A stretch of 64,000 nt of DNA from an uncultured Acidobacteriaceae bacterium (GCA_963839125.1 CAWITV010000009.1:106272-170271), one strand, 5' to 3'. Counted from the stretch's first letter, positions 28,703-40,347 are shown. The notes: generated by a model from the letters alone, not told the origin. Translations and numbers: made by a program.

Positions 28703-29512
28703 CTAACGAGAGGCTACGAACGCCAGAAATGCAGCTAGGAGCGTCCCTAGGAAGTTCACCGAATTGTTGTTGAGTAAATGGCGCCGCTCGAACAAGGCGC
28801 CCATATAGCTGTCCGCTAGCATTCCAAGAAATGCGCTTCCAGCAGGAATTGCAAATTGTTCCCAGGACAATAGGCCGCCGAGTACACAAACTAAACTAAT
28901 CAAGCATCCCGCTATCAACCCTACGATCGATCCGATGAGGGTCACGCCTCCGTCAGTTCCTATGGCAACTTTTTTCCAATTGGTGATTAGGCGTGGCTTG
29001 TCTCCAAAGGCTGATCCAATTTCGCTCGAAACCGTGTCAGCCGCAGCTTCGGCTAAAGAAGCTGCGAGGGCTAGCAGGAAAATCGGATGGTGATCTCCAA
29101 CACTGTATAAACCAGCGCAGAGTGCAGCCACTCCAACATTCGCCAAGACCTGCGGAGCGGTGCGGCCTTCACCGTTCTCCGCGAAAGCTTGTTGCGACTG
29201 TTTGCGGCCTCCAATCCGCGTGGCGATCCATGTCAGAAAGAAAACCGCAGCCAGAGCTACTACTGCGCCTCCCCCGGCGAACACGTATAGCGCGAGGCAC
29301 AGAATCCAACCGGCTACAGCTCCGGAAGCTGTGACCCCTTTCATCCACCAGGCCAGCACAACGAAGACCGGTATGAATACAATAAAAACCCAGAGCCAGG
29401 AGCCCCCATGGATTGAGAATCTGTCGAAGGCGGATGTCAAGCTGGCTTTAATGGCGGCGATCGGAAGGAGGCTAACCGCTACATATTGTAGGAATGCGGC
29501 GAAGTAACCCAT
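28703..29512 (-). CDS. DUF92 (TMEM19-like) integral membrane protein
   Basis: Multi-TM protein with AADTVSSEIG and GVTLIGS motifs typical of DUF92. Confidence 0.7.
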   Translation of the reverse strand: MGYFAAFLQYVAVSLLPIAAIKASLTSAFDRFSIHGGSWLWVFIVFIPVFVVLAWWMKGVTASGAVAGWILCLALYVFAGGGAVVALAAVFFLTWIATRIGGRKQSQQAFAENGEGRTAPQVLANVGVAALCAGLYSVGDHHPIFLLALAASLAEAAADTVSSEIGSAFGDKPRLITNWKKVAIGTDGGVTLIGSIVGLIAGCLISLVCVLGGLLSWEQFAIPAGSAFLGMLADSYMGALFERRHLLNNNSVNFLGTLLAAFLAFVASR

Positions 29513-29617
29513 ATGTCGTTGTTAACTGAGGCTATCTCTCCTTCCTCAGCGGCATCAAACTTGGCGCAATGCTTTAGACTCAATGTTTTAGAGTGATCGC
29601 CATCCTGGGAGAAAATA

Positions 29618-30457
29618 ATGGCAGCTTCGGTTTGGTCTGGATATCTTACCTTCGGCCTGATTTCCATGCCGGTGCGTCTTTTCTCCGGCGCCCGCAGTTC
29701 CAGCATCTCCTTCCACATGTTGCACCGTGATGATCTTCAGCGGGTGAAGCAACAACTTTATTGTCCCGCTGACAATCGGGTTATAGAGCGCAGCGAAGTC
29801 GTAAAAGGATACGAATATCGCAAGAATGAGTACGTCGTAATTGAACCTGAAGAGATCAAAAAGATCGAGCCGAAAACAGCGAAGACGATGGAGATCCTCG
29901 AATTTGTCAAGTCCGATGAAGTGGATCCCATATTTTTCGAGTCATCTTACTTCCTAATGCCCGAAGACGCGGGCAAGCGGCCGTACGCCCTGCTGACGAA
30001 AGCTCTCGAAGAAAGCCAGTACGTGGCCATTGCTAAACTCACCATGCACAACCGCGAATATACGGTTTTTCTGCGGCCGCATGATGGTGGTCTGATGTTG
30101 CACACCATGTATTACGCGGATGAGGTTCGGGATGTAGAGGGTTTCGGGGCGCCGGACGTTGAGCTCAAAGATTCAGAGGTAAAAGTTGCTCATCAACTGA
30201 TTGAGGCACTCGCCGACAAGTGGGAACCAGAAAAATATCACGACACTTTTCAGGAAAATCTGAAGAAGATGATCCAAACCAAGCTGGAAGGTGGAACCAT
30301 TGCCGAAGTCGAAAAGCCCAAGAAACTGGCACCCGTTGTCGATCTTATGTCGGCCTTGAAGCAAAGCCTGGCGCAGATGGAAGGAAAAAAGAAGCCAGCA
30401 GCCACCGCTCCCCGCGCTGCCGCTACTGCCGGAAAAAAGTCTCGCGGACGGGGCTGA
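29618..30457 (+). CDS. ku: Non-homologous end-joining protein Ku
   Basis: N-terminus WSGYLTFGLISMPVRLFSG, typical ~280 aa length, and a basic C-terminal tail. Confidence 0.93.
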   Translation: MAASVWSGYLTFGLISMPVRLFSGARSSSISFHMLHRDDLQRVKQQLYCPADNRVIERSEVVKGYEYRKNEYVVIEPEEIKKIEPKTAKTMEILEFVKSDEVDPIFFESSYFLMPEDAGKRPYALLTKALEESQYVAIAKLTMHNREYTVFLRPHDGGLMLHTMYYADEVRDVEGFGAPDVELKDSEVKVAHQLIEALADKWEPEKYHDTFQENLKKMIQTKLEGGTIAEVEKPKKLAPVVDLMSALKQSLAQMEGKKKPAATAPRAAATAGKKSRGRG

Positions 30458-30615
30458 TATCGAAGCCGCATTTTGCCCTTCCGGGCGGGCGAGCAAAGCT
30501 TCTTCATTTTGCCACCGAAGCTGCATCTAACACCGTTAGTGGCGCGGATTCTCCTGCCCGTTTAGAATAAGCGCTTCCCACTCGTGACTTCAGAGACGTC
30601 AATCACGGAGTACAG

Positions 30616-32043
30616 ATGACAGCGGTGCGGGTTTCCAGCGCTCTGGGCGCGTTCCTAGCGCTCCTTATTTGTGTAAGTTGCGGGGATACCTACAGGCCGA
30701 TCGCTTTTCCCGTAACTCCCAATCCGCCGAATCCCGCTTTTAATAAAGCCGCATTCGTCCTGTTGAACAATGGGATGAACAATCCGGGCAACACCAGTCA
30801 GATCGATGTTTCGGGAGATACGGTTCAATCAGTGGCCAAAAATGGAGTAACCCCTGTTCATATCGCACTGACACCAGACTCCACTAAGTTATATGTCGCT
30901 AATGAATACGAAGACACGATTTCGTCGTTTCCGCCGGGTACCCCAAATGCAAACCAGTTGAATCCGGTGACCACAATCAGCTTGGCGGCGGGATCTCATC
31001 CCATCTTTCTGGCCGGGACGCAGAATACCGCCATGTATGTAGCTAACAATGGGAACGCTACGGTAGCGGTCATCTCGCAATCATCCAATGTTGTTACCCA
31101 GATTATTCCGCTTGGTTCGGTGGCGCCGGTGGCAATGGCTGAAACGCCGAATGGAAGCAAACTTTATGTTGCGAACCAGGGAAATGGGACTGCCGGCACC
31201 GGATCGGTGAGCAGTATTAATCCTACGGATAATTCGTTGAATCCCGTAGTTGTCAACAGTTGGATTTCCCCGGTTTGGGTAGTTGCCCGGTCTGACAGTG
31301 CCAGAGCCTACGTGCTGGATTCCGGTGCGGGCAAAGTTTTCGCGATTGATACTTCAACCGACAAAGTGTTGGCTGGCGCAGTCCCGGTTGGCATCGGTGC
31401 AAATTTCATGTTTTACGACAAAGACCGGAATCGCGTGTACGTCACCAATCCCGCCAATGGTAGCGTAAGCATCATCGATGTCTCCGTGGATCCGCCGAGT
31501 TTGCTCGCGACTGATTGTGTCGTCGCAGGTTTTGCTGCGCCAAATTGCCCCACTACTTTTGCTCCGGTTTCAGTCGCGGTCCTTCCGGATGGGAGCAGCG
31601 CCTACGTTGGAAGTTATCAGTTATCTTCCCCGACATGCGCGGCGGGCCAAACTTGTTCGATCACTTCGCAGGCTACAGTCATAAATGCCAACAGCAACGC
31701 GGTGTCGCTCGTCATTCCGCTTGGAAGTGTCAACGTGGACACTGCGATTAACCCGGTCACAAACGCGCCCGATGACACTGGATGCAATCCTGCCACGTCA
31801 ACTCATCCCGCGCGTTTTCGGCTCTCGGTAGCGGCCGCCGGTGATAGTTCCAGAGTCTATGTATCGATCTGTGATGCGGGGAGCACAACGGTTATCAGTG
31901 CGGTTCCTACGAGCAGCGATCCCTATCCAGCAAATACAGTTATTACTGCGGTGTCTGCGCCACTGAGTTCTTTTCCTCCGCCAGCATCCAACCCCGCTCA
32001 ACCGCCGCCGCAGAATCCTGTTTTTATTTTGGCTTCGCCCTAG
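30616..32043 (+). CDS. YVTN/YncE-like beta-propeller repeat lipoprotein
   Basis: The leader contains a candidate lipobox Cys (LLICVSCG). Repeated ...LYVAN.. / ..VYVTN.. blades. Confidence 0.75.
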   Translation: MTAVRVSSALGAFLALLICVSCGDTYRPIAFPVTPNPPNPAFNKAAFVLLNNGMNNPGNTSQIDVSGDTVQSVAKNGVTPVHIALTPDSTKLYVANEYEDTISSFPPGTPNANQLNPVTTISLAAGSHPIFLAGTQNTAMYVANNGNATVAVISQSSNVVTQIIPLGSVAPVAMAETPNGSKLYVANQGNGTAGTGSVSSINPTDNSLNPVVVNSWISPVWVVARSDSARAYVLDSGAGKVFAIDTSTDKVLAGAVPVGIGANFMFYDKDRNRVYVTNPANGSVSIIDVSVDPPSLLATDCVVAGFAAPNCPTTFAPVSVAVLPDGSSAYVGSYQLSSPTCAAGQTCSITSQATVINANSNAVSLVIPLGSVNVDTAINPVTNAPDDTGCNPATSTHPARFRLSVAAAGDSSRVYVSICDAGSTTVISAVPTSSDPYPANTVITAVSAPLSSFPPPASNPAQPPPQNPVFILASP

Positions 32044-32145
32044 ACAATCATTGTTTGGAGATCAAGCGAAGCGCCAGAGTTTCAGGCAGAGGCAAATGTC
32101 CGCAGGATGGATGAGCGGAACAGAGCGGAATATATAAGCTTTGCC

Positions 32146-32637
32146 TCAGGCGCTTGCGGAATGTGTCGCGGTCTGCGATTTATAACGGAGAGCGATATTC
32201 ATAAAAATGTTTCCGCTGGAGGTCTCAAAGCAGAGAACCATGGCTTCGGTATCCTCTGTACCTTTCGAGCCGTTCTCGGAAGTTAGGAATATAGGAGGGT
32301 GGACGCGGAAGTGAAAACCCTGATCATTGAGCGTGGCCACTGCGTTCCCGACAACCTGGTTGGCAAGTTCACAGATAGCTTCGCGAACCAGACTGTCCGA
32401 TTCCGGCAATTCCGTTCCGGCAAAATGACTCGCAATATGGGCCGCGGTCGCGGAATCCAGATCGAAAATAATCCTGCCCTCGATGTCGCCGGTTAGCCAT
32501 ACCAGTGCCGCCATTCCCTTACGCCGGTAGGCCTCTTCTTCCATGCTGAGATGGCCAATCGCCAGAGGAGCGTTGAGACCGGGCGCCAGAACGGCGTCGG
32601 CTGCATTGATAAACGGTTGTATTAACTCCATTTTCAT
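32146..32637 (-). CDS. cheX: CheC/CheX-family CheY-P phosphatase (single-motif, CheX-like)
   Basis: One E-x2-N-x(~22)-P motif (CELANQVVGNA...VHPP), ~160 aa, at the end of the che operon. Confidence 0.75.
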   Translation of the reverse strand: MKMELIQPFINAADAVLAPGLNAPLAIGHLSMEEEAYRRKGMAALVWLTGDIEGRIIFDLDSATAAHIASHFAGTELPESDSLVREAICELANQVVGNAVATLNDQGFHFRVHPPIFLTSENGSKGTEDTEAMVLCFETSSGNIFMNIALRYKSQTATHSASA

Positions 32638-32640
32638 ATA

Positions 32641-33090
32641 TCAGGCCCCGGACCCAGCTGCGTTGGCTACAGAACCGTCGTCGCCCAAAACGTACTTGAT
32701 TACTTCGTAGAGGACTTCGGGCTTGACCGGCTTTTGCACGAAATGGCGTGCTCCGCGTTGCAACGCGGCCACAATATTCTCCTGATAGCCGACAGAAGAA
32801 ACCATAACGATGCGCGCTTCAGGGTGCTGCTGCACGATCTTTTCGGCGGCTTCGATTCCTTCCATCTGCGGCATCGTGATATCCATCAGCACAATGTCGG
32901 GACCAATACGTGTGTATTCCGTGATGGCCGAGACGCCGTCCCCGGCTTCGCCGGCAACCTGGCCGCCGAAGGTCTCGACAATTCTGGCTAAATTCTTGCG
33001 TGCGAACACCGAGTCGTCAACAATCAGATAGCGAACCGGTTGTCCATCCTTGCTGCGTCGAACTGGCACAAACTGTTCCATAAAATGCAC
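32641..33090 (-). CDS. cheY: Chemotaxis response regulator CheY
   Basis: Single REC domain: LIVDDS, VLMDITMP, VSS, and K in QKPV. Confidence 0.9.
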   Translation of the reverse strand: MHFMEQFVPVRRSKDGQPVRYLIVDDSVFARKNLARIVETFGGQVAGEAGDGVSAITEYTRIGPDIVLMDITMPQMEGIEAAEKIVQQHPEARIVMVSSVGYQENIVAALQRGARHFVQKPVKPEVLYEVIKYVLGDDGSVANAAGSGA

Positions 33091-33137
33091 CCTCCAGTGG
33101 TGACTGCTCTTAGCCGTAAATCTGTAACACTGCGCTC

Positions 33138-34250
33138 TCAGTTCTTCCCCGAGACCGCCGCTTTGCTGCCGCGTTCAGAAATTTCCTGCCTCCCCGGCAT
33201 GCTGTGAACCTGCAAGGTATTCGCAAGGGCGTCGAGCGCAACAACGCGAATAGCAAATCCTCTTTCAATCGCCGCTTTTGGCATGCCGAATACGACGCAA
33301 GACTCTTCACTTTGCGCGATCGTCATTCCGCCCGCGTCCTTAACTATCCCCATGGCCTCGGCTCCGTCGTCGCCCATGCCAGTCATTAATACTGCCGTGC
33401 CTTTTTCGCCGAATTCTTCAGCCAAGCTTTTGAATAGGACTTCGACCGAAGGACGATGACCATTTACGCGAGGCTCGTCATTGAGGACGACGGTATTTCC
33501 AAGTGGCAGCCGTCTCATTTTTATGTGCCGATTGCCCGGACAGATAAGGACCCGGCCCGGAAGCATAAGATCGCCGGACTGCGCTTCTTTGATCTGAAGG
33601 TTGCAGGTTTCGTTCAAACGGCGGGCGAACATCTCGGTGAATCCCTCGGGCATGTGTTGAACCACAACGATGGTTCCCGGGAAGTCGGCGGAGAATTGTG
33701 CCAATAAATATTGAAGCGCTTGCGGTCCTCCGGTTGAGACCCCGATCGCGATGAAGCGTGTCGGTTGCACGGTTGAATCCAGCTTCAGCTTGTCATTTGC
33801 AGAAAGCGAGAGCGACGGCGCTGGAACCTGCACTCCGCGGCTTAGCGCGGCGGCTTTAATTTTGAGTATTAGCTCGCGCGCAATTTCGGGCATACGCGCC
33901 CAAACATCGGTTGGCTTCGCAACAAAATCGAAAGCTCCCAGGGAAAGCGCCTTTAGCGTCACTGAGGCTCCGTCCGTGCTATGCGAGCTCACTACAATGA
34001 CGGGCAAATGATGCCGTCGCATGATTTCCTTGAGCATCTCGAGGCCGCCCATCCCTGGCATTTCGAGATCCAGCGTCACCACCTGAGGTTTTAATTCCTC
34101 GATCTTTTTGAGACCAAAATTACCGTCCATTGCCGTGCCGACCACTTGAATCGAATTGTCGGCCGCGAGGATTTGCGGAATCAATTTGCGCATCAATGCG
34201 GAATCGTCTACCACTAAAACGCGAACTGCAGGAGTCGTCGTTATGGTCAT
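33138..34250 (-). CDS. cheB: Protein-glutamate methylesterase CheB
   Basis: REC domain plus methylesterase domain (GVSTGGPQAL, HMP, MTGMGDDG). Confidence 0.95.
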   Translation of the reverse strand: MTITTTPAVRVLVVDDSALMRKLIPQILAADNSIQVVGTAMDGNFGLKKIEELKPQVVTLDLEMPGMGGLEMLKEIMRRHHLPVIVVSSHSTDGASVTLKALSLGAFDFVAKPTDVWARMPEIARELILKIKAAALSRGVQVPAPSLSLSANDKLKLDSTVQPTRFIAIGVSTGGPQALQYLLAQFSADFPGTIVVVQHMPEGFTEMFARRLNETCNLQIKEAQSGDLMLPGRVLICPGNRHIKMRRLPLGNTVVLNDEPRVNGHRPSVEVLFKSLAEEFGEKGTAVLMTGMGDDGAEAMGIVKDAGGMTIAQSEESCVVFGMPKAAIERGFAIRVVALDALANTLQVHSMPGRQEISERGSKAAVSGKN

Positions 34251-36414
34251 TGCAAAGACCCCACTGGCGCGGCTGCGAAGGTTTGCCGCTCGACACCGGA
34301 AAGAAGCAAGCCGGTATTCGCGATCAAGCTTTTGCGGCTCCTGGAGAAACGCTCAATGATTGCTGCAAGGTTCATGATCAATACGACTCGGCCGTCTCCC
34401 AATATCGACGCTCCGCTAACCAGATCGGTGGTGACTGTCTGATCGTCGAGCGCTTTTATCACCAACTCCTCTTCTCCCTCGAGGGAGTCCACTATCAACC
34501 CCAGCTTGCGGCCTCCGGTTGCGATGACGAGCACGAAGATCTTTGCCACTTGGGAATTCTCACGTTGTATTGCCGCCCGCCCCATGCGCATTAACGGCAA
34601 GACTTCATTTCGGAGTTGCAGGACCTCATAGCCGTCCACGTTATGGAGATCGCTTTCATGCGCGCGAGTGATTTCCGCGACAGCATTCAGCGGAATTGCG
34701 TAAAGCCGTTGCTCGACCCGGAACAACAAGGCCTTGATTATTGCCAACGTCAGGGGCAGGCGGAGAAGAAACGTGGTGCCCTTTCCAACTTCGGTCTGAA
34801 CTTCCACAGTTCCTTTTAGACTTTGGAGGACAGTACGGACCACGTCCAAACCGACGCCTCGACCTGATATTTCCGTCACTTCCTCGGCCGTGCTGAAGCC
34901 GGGACGGAAAACCAGGTCCGTAACTTCAGCTTCGGTAAGGCGCGCGGCTTCCTCCTTGGTGAAAACCCCTTGCTTTACTGCCTTGAGACGCACCTTGGAC
35001 AAATCAATCCCGCGGCCATCGTCGCTAACCGAGACGACTACCTGACTGGCGTGATGATAAGCGTCGAGACGGATAGCGCCTTTTTCTGGCTTGCCGCTTG
35101 CGCGGCGTTCTTCGGGCGTCTCTATGCCGTGACTTACGCAGTTCCTTACTATGTGCGTGAGAGGTTCGGCGATGGCGTCCAGCAAACTTTTATCTAGATC
35201 GGTATCCTGCCCCTGCAAAATTAAGTCAACCTCTTTGCCGCAACGCTTTGCAACATCGCGCACCATTCGGGGAAAACGCCGGAACAATTGGGAAACAGGC
35301 ACCATCCGGATTTTCATTACAGAACGCTGCAGATCGCCGAGCACGCGAGCCTGAAATGCCATAGCATCGGAAAATCTTCCACGAATAGGATCCTTGGGAT
35401 AAGCCCTGGCAAGTTCGTTCAGCGCCTGCTGCAGAATCGACTTTCCTATAATTAATTCGCCGACGAGATTGAGGACCGCATCGATCCGAGAAGAGTCCAC
35501 CCGCAGAATGCTGTCGCTGGTCTCGGATTGATGAGGAGAAAACGCTTCTGCTTCTGAAAGTTTGAGTCCGTCATGATTGACTGCTGCTGATGGATCGGTC
35601 GCTGGGATAGTTTGCTCGGCTGGATCAAGCACGCTTGCGGCGACCTGGGCCTGGTCATTCGCAGCCACATTCGCCGAGGCGAAAACGTTCACAGCGACGT
35701 CGGAGATAATGGTCGGAATGTGGCTCCTGGAACTCAGGATGTCTACCGGCAGATCGGATGCGACCAGGAAATACAACTCCTTGGTGCAGATTCGGCGCCG
35801 GCTTCGGGCCTGACAGCAAGTATCTGCCCCACCTTGGCGAGCTCCATCATCAGCAATTGCCGGGCGGCCATTGGCATGGCACACTTCCGGTCAATATTGG
35901 CTGCGAGCAAATACACAACTTTCTGGTCTTCTTGTGCTTTTTGAACGGCGACTCTTTCGTACTCCGTCCACAAGAGGTCGGGCCTGGGTTCAGTCTTCTT
36001 GTGACGAGCTTTGTTCCCGGTTAACTGCCGAATCATCTTTCTGACTGGTTGGGCGTCTGGTTGCTCGCCCTCATGACGGTAAGCCTTCAGCATTCCACTG
36101 AAGACATCCACCACAGTAAAGACAAGCTCTGCCAACGCGGCATGACCTTGGACGGATTCAGTTCCAAAGGCATCTTCCAACTCGTGCGCCAGTTCGCTTA
36201 ACTCGGTGAATCCGCACGCCGCTGAATCTCCCTTAAGCGTATGTACCGTGCGCCGGAGGCTACGCAGCGAATCGGAGTCCCCCGGTTCCTTTTCGAGCCG
36301 CAAAGCATCGTTATTCAATGATTGCAGGAGTTCCTGCGCGGTCTCAAAAAACAGATCGCAAAGCTCCTCGCCGCCTTCATCGAGAAAGTCGTTCAAGCTT
36401 TCGCCTCCACGCAT
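34247..36414 (-). pseudogene. cheA: Chemotaxis histidine kinase CheA, one frame disruption near 35785
   Basis: Hpt with VHTLKGDSAACGF in the piece 35743-36414. Dimerisation, HATPase and CheW-like domains are in 34247-35884. The frames join at ...EAGAES / TKELYFLVAS. Confidence 0.9.
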
Positions 36415-37295
36415 TGGTAGGCGGTCCCGTTCTCGCGATAAATCATGCTGAACTTATCGGTGAGACTTAGCAGGCTTTCGGCGTGCCCCACGAAAAGATA
36501 GCCGCCCGGATTAAGACAGCGGGCGAATTTCTGCACTAAACGTTTTTGCTCAGGCTCGTCGAAATACATCATTACGTTTCTGCAAAAAATGATGTCGTTG
36601 TGCTGCGGCAGGTATTCGGTCTTGAGATTATGAAAATCGAAGTGAACAAGCTCTTTAACGGGTTTCTTGATGGCATACCGTTCGCCAACTTTATTAAAGT
36701 AGCGAAGCCGGTAACTGTAATCCACCGAGGCCATTTGACTTTCGGAATAACTGCCTTCCTGACCGGTACGCAAGACTGAATAATTAATATCGCTGGCTAG
36801 AATCTCAATCTTCCAGGGAGCGGGGATAAGTGGTTTTGGCGAAGTGGGCAGGATATCGCGAGCCCTGAGTTGATAACTCTGCAACGTGTCCGCCACTAAC
36901 ATCGCGATGGTGTAAGGTTCCTGGCCAGTCGAACAACCCGCGCTCCAAATACGAAGATTGTGGTCGCGATGCTCTCTCTTCTGGTTCAGGACGTCGATGA
37001 GAATGTGGCGATGGAAAAGTTGCAACTGGGCTTTGTTGCGGAAAAAGCTGGTCTCGTTGATGGTCAGATCTTCGAGAAGCTTCGATAGTTCCTGCTTACC
37101 TTTGTCGCTAACCAGTAACCGGTAATAGCTATAAAACGAGTCAAGTTGGCATTCCTTCAATCGCCGTTGCAGCCGGTCTTGCAGGAAGTGTTCGCGCCTG
37201 GAATCAAAATGCATGCCGCATTCCTGGTAGACGAGCGCCTGCAGGAGTTTTAACTCGGCTTCCGTTACTTGCATCGCTAATGCAGGTGTACTCAT
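36393..37295 (-). CDS. cheR: Chemotaxis protein methyltransferase CheR
   Basis: ETSFFRN, IWSAGCSTGQEPY and FCRNVMMYF motifs. Confidence 0.95.
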   Translation of the reverse strand: MSTPALAMQVTEAELKLLQALVYQECGMHFDSRREHFLQDRLQRRLKECQLDSFYSYYRLLVSDKGKQELSKLLEDLTINETSFFRNKAQLQLFHRHILIDVLNQKREHRDHNLRIWSAGCSTGQEPYTIAMLVADTLQSYQLRARDILPTSPKPLIPAPWKIEILASDINYSVLRTGQEGSYSESQMASVDYSYRLRYFNKVGERYAIKKPVKELVHFDFHNLKTEYLPQHNDIIFCRNVMMYFDEPEQKRLVQKFARCLNPGGYLFVGHAESLLSLTDKFSMIYRENGTAYQCVEAKA

Positions 37296-37322
37296 TAAGT
37301 CTCTTTCGTCAGTCGCGAAAAT

Positions 37323-37835
37323 CTATTTGGCCCCGGCCGCAGTGCTACGAACATTTCCAGGCGATACTGGCATCTCGGATTTCGTAGCCATGGCGGCACC
37401 GCGAAGATCGCTGGAACTGAGTAGCTTCGCCATATCGAGCAGAACTATTAGCCGCCCCTGGTACTTGGCAAGTCCGGTCACGCAATTCAGGCCACCCTCT
37501 TGAAATTCGGTTGGAGAAGGTCCCACGTCTTCGGCGGGAACTTTGAGAACCTCGGAAGCGGAATCAACAATCAATCCGGACAGCCTGCCTTTGTGCTCCA
37601 CCACCAAAATACGATTTCTGCGGTTGCTGGTTATTTCTAGCTCGCCAAGCCGCTTGCGAAGATCGATGACGGAAACAATTTTTCCGCGCAAGTTGATTAC
37701 GCCTTCAACGTAATCCGGGGCGTCGGGCACCGAAGTGATTTCAGGGACCCGCACAATCTCGTGCAGGGAAACGATGGGGACCCCATACGTCTCCCGCCCA
37801 ACCTTGAAGCCGACAATGTGAAGTTCGCGAGTCAT
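37323..37835 (-). CDS. cheW: Chemotaxis coupling protein CheW
   Basis: The ~170-aa size, GVINLRG-type motif and overall pattern fit a CheW domain. Confidence 0.92.
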   Translation of the reverse strand: MTRELHIVGFKVGRETYGVPIVSLHEIVRVPEITSVPDAPDYVEGVINLRGKIVSVIDLRKRLGELEITSNRRNRILVVEHKGRLSGLIVDSASEVLKVPAEDVGPSPTEFQEGGLNCVTGLAKYQGRLIVLLDMAKLLSSSDLRGAAMATKSEMPVSPGNVRSTAAGAK

Positions 37836-37872
37836 CTAAGTCTGCAAACCGGTATCTACTTGGTGCTGAAAA

Positions 37873-39922
37873 TTAACGAAACGATCCCGCTGCGGCGTGT
37901 CGCGCGTTTCCTTTGGCACGCCCGCGGTCTCCGCGTTCTCCTTGTTCACTTCTCGTCGCTATTACGTTTGATATCTGCTCAAGAGCAAAGCGGTCCATGG
38001 AGTCCATCAAGTCTCGCGACATCTTGGACATCTGCTCGGCGGATGCGGCCAATTCAGTTGATCCCGAGGTAGTCTGCTGCACTAGTTCTCGCATGCGCTC
38101 CATTGCCTTTACAACCGCGTGCGCTCCGGAAGCCTGTTCCTCGACAGCGGAATTAATTTCGTGAGTAATTTCATTCAGGCGAGTAGTAGCCCGGGCGATT
38201 TGAGATGACCCATGAGACTGCTCGTTGGTAGCGGCGCCAATTTCCTGCGCGAATTTGTACACTTCGGTGACGACATTAGAGATCTTTCTGAGCGCTCCAT
38301 TGAGTTCCTCGCCGAGCCCGAGGCCCTCATTGACAATGTCCGTGCTTTCTTCCATGTTCTCGACTGCTTTGCGAGCTTCTTTTTGAATACTCTGGATCAG
38401 CTCCGAAATTTCCTTGGTCGATTGCGCGGATTTTTCGGCCAACTTCCGCACTTCGTCGGCGACAACCGCGAAACCTAATCCATGCTCTCCGGCGCGCGCC
38501 GCTTCAATGGCGGCATTCAGCGCAAGCAAGTTTGTCTGTTCGGCCAAATCATCGATGACTTCAATGATCTTGCCAATGTCATCGGCTCTTTGCCCCAGAA
38601 CATCAATGATTTCTCCAGACGAGTGAATGGTGGTGTTAATCCGGTTAAGACCGTCCGTCGCTTTCTCCATTGTGGATGATGCCGTTATGAACTTCTTCCC
38701 GTGACCGATTCGAAATATCTAGCAGCACTTTCGCAGTGTCGGCGACTCGTTGAATCGAAGCCACCATCTGATCGATCGAGGCGGAAGTTTCGCTCACGCT
38801 TGAGGCTTGTACCTGCGTGCTCTTAACCATGTTCTGCACATTGACGCTCATCTCGTGCATGGTGCTGGTGACTTCGTCGATGGCCGATGATGTTTGCAGA
38901 CTTATCTTGGCGGATTCATCGGACGCTCCCGCCACTTGTCCCGAGGCACTTGCCACTTGCGATGAGGCATCGCGCACATTGCGTACGAGATTTCGCAGGC
39001 CCTCGATCATCCGGGCAAAAGCATTTCCCAGAGTGTCATTGCCAGATCTTGGCTGAACTTCAACGGCGAGGTTTCCTCCTGCGATTGCTTCGGAAACGGC
39101 AGCCATCTCTTTCAGGTACGTGACCATGGCCACGAAGCTGCGTGAGAGCTTTCCTATTTCATCGTCGCGCTGAATATCTATCTGGTGGTCCAAATTACCG
39201 TCGTTAGCAATCTGTTGCGCGACTCCGATCAAATTGTTTAAAGGATCCGTGATTGATTTTGCCGTTTGGTAGGCGATCACGATCCCCAGCCCCAGAGCTA
39301 TCAGGGTGCTGAAAAGCGCCGCCATATTTGTCCACGTGCTGGCGGTCTCGTCGGAACGCCGCCGTTCCTCGAGCACTCTATTGTTTTCTTCGTTCGCTGC
39401 GTCGAGGGGTTCAGTCGAGTTCTTGACCCAGGTAAATGCGTCCTTCTGAAGATAGAAGATCTGCAATTCGGCTACCGTGGAATTGCCGGCATCGACGTTT
39501 TTTCTCTTGCTCAACAGCGGACTGGCGAATTCCCGCACCCACGCGTCTTCATTTCTTTGAACTCTCTCGAGAGCGTCGTGTTCCTGAGGAGAGGCGAGTT
39601 TCATTGCATACTGCAACTTGTCGCCGAGCTGCCGCACTCCATCATTCATGCGATCGACTTCACGAGTGTCGCCGCTAAGCAGATAATTGCTCAGGTAGAG
39701 GCGGTTCTGCATCATTTGAAATCTGATCTTGTCGGTGGTTTCCGCCATGTCCAATGCCTGAGACGCCGCGGACTTCGCGGTATGCTCTCTATACATGGCC
39801 ACAATATTGACCATAAAAAGCACGACCACCATCACCAGGATGGCTCCGAAACTCCAATAGAGTTTTTTCCCGATCGACATTCCCGCGCGGCTTATCAATT
39901 TTGTAGTAATCATTCCGTGCAT
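37873..39922 (-). pseudogene. Methyl-accepting chemotaxis protein, one frame disruption near 38670
   Basis: N-terminal TM-sensor-TM-HAMP in 38645-39922. The signalling hairpin [36 protein letters not shown] is in 37873-38670. Confidence 0.9.
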
Positions 39923-39942
39923 ACCTCAGCGAGTGATTCCAC

Positions 39943-40347
39943 TCAGTTAACGCTTGGTGCGAATGTGAATTCGACGGTTCCGGAGGTTTCCGTTGTCGCC
40001 GGTTCAAACTTCCATCTCTTTACCGCATCCGTTGCCGCGTTTACGAGCAGCGGGTGTCCCCCGACAGCTTTCGAGTCCTTTACAGATCCGTTTGTCCCGA
40101 CCACGACCTCGAGTTTTACGGTGCCAGAAATGTGCATTCGCTTTGCGATTTCGGGATACACCGGTTCAACCCTCGTCTTTACTTTCCTGGTCGAGACTTC
40201 CTGACTGAAACAATTCAGCGGCCTGATTGCGCCAACCATGAAAACCAATGCCAATGCTGCGATGACGCGGTAAACAGTCACTTGTCGCACTATTCGCACG
40301 AACTTGCTCCTTTGAAGGGAATGGAATCTTTTATTTTCAGAATGCAA
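39943..40347 (-). CDS. TonB C-terminal-domain protein (signal-anchor + TonB_C)
   Basis: VEPVYPEIAKRMHISGTVKLEVVVGTNGSV...AVKRWKF is a typical TonB_C domain. It heads the che gene string. Confidence 0.75.
   Translation of the reverse strand: MHSENKRFHSLQRSKFVRIVRQVTVYRVIAALALVFMVGAIRPLNCFSQEVSTRKVKTRVEPVYPEIAKRMHISGTVKLEVVVGTNGSVKDSKAVGGHPLLVNAATDAVKRWKFEPATTETSGTVEFTFAPSVN

Noticed and set aside
39266-40204. 312-aa ORF on the plus strand.
   Set aside because: It lies entirely antisense to the MCP and TonB_C genes and its composition is low-complexity and atypical. This is the classic shadow ORF of a GC-biased coding region. The same applies to 365-904, 7096-7758, 9785-10294, 19257-19733, 53363-53938, 55958-56473 and 62640-63155.
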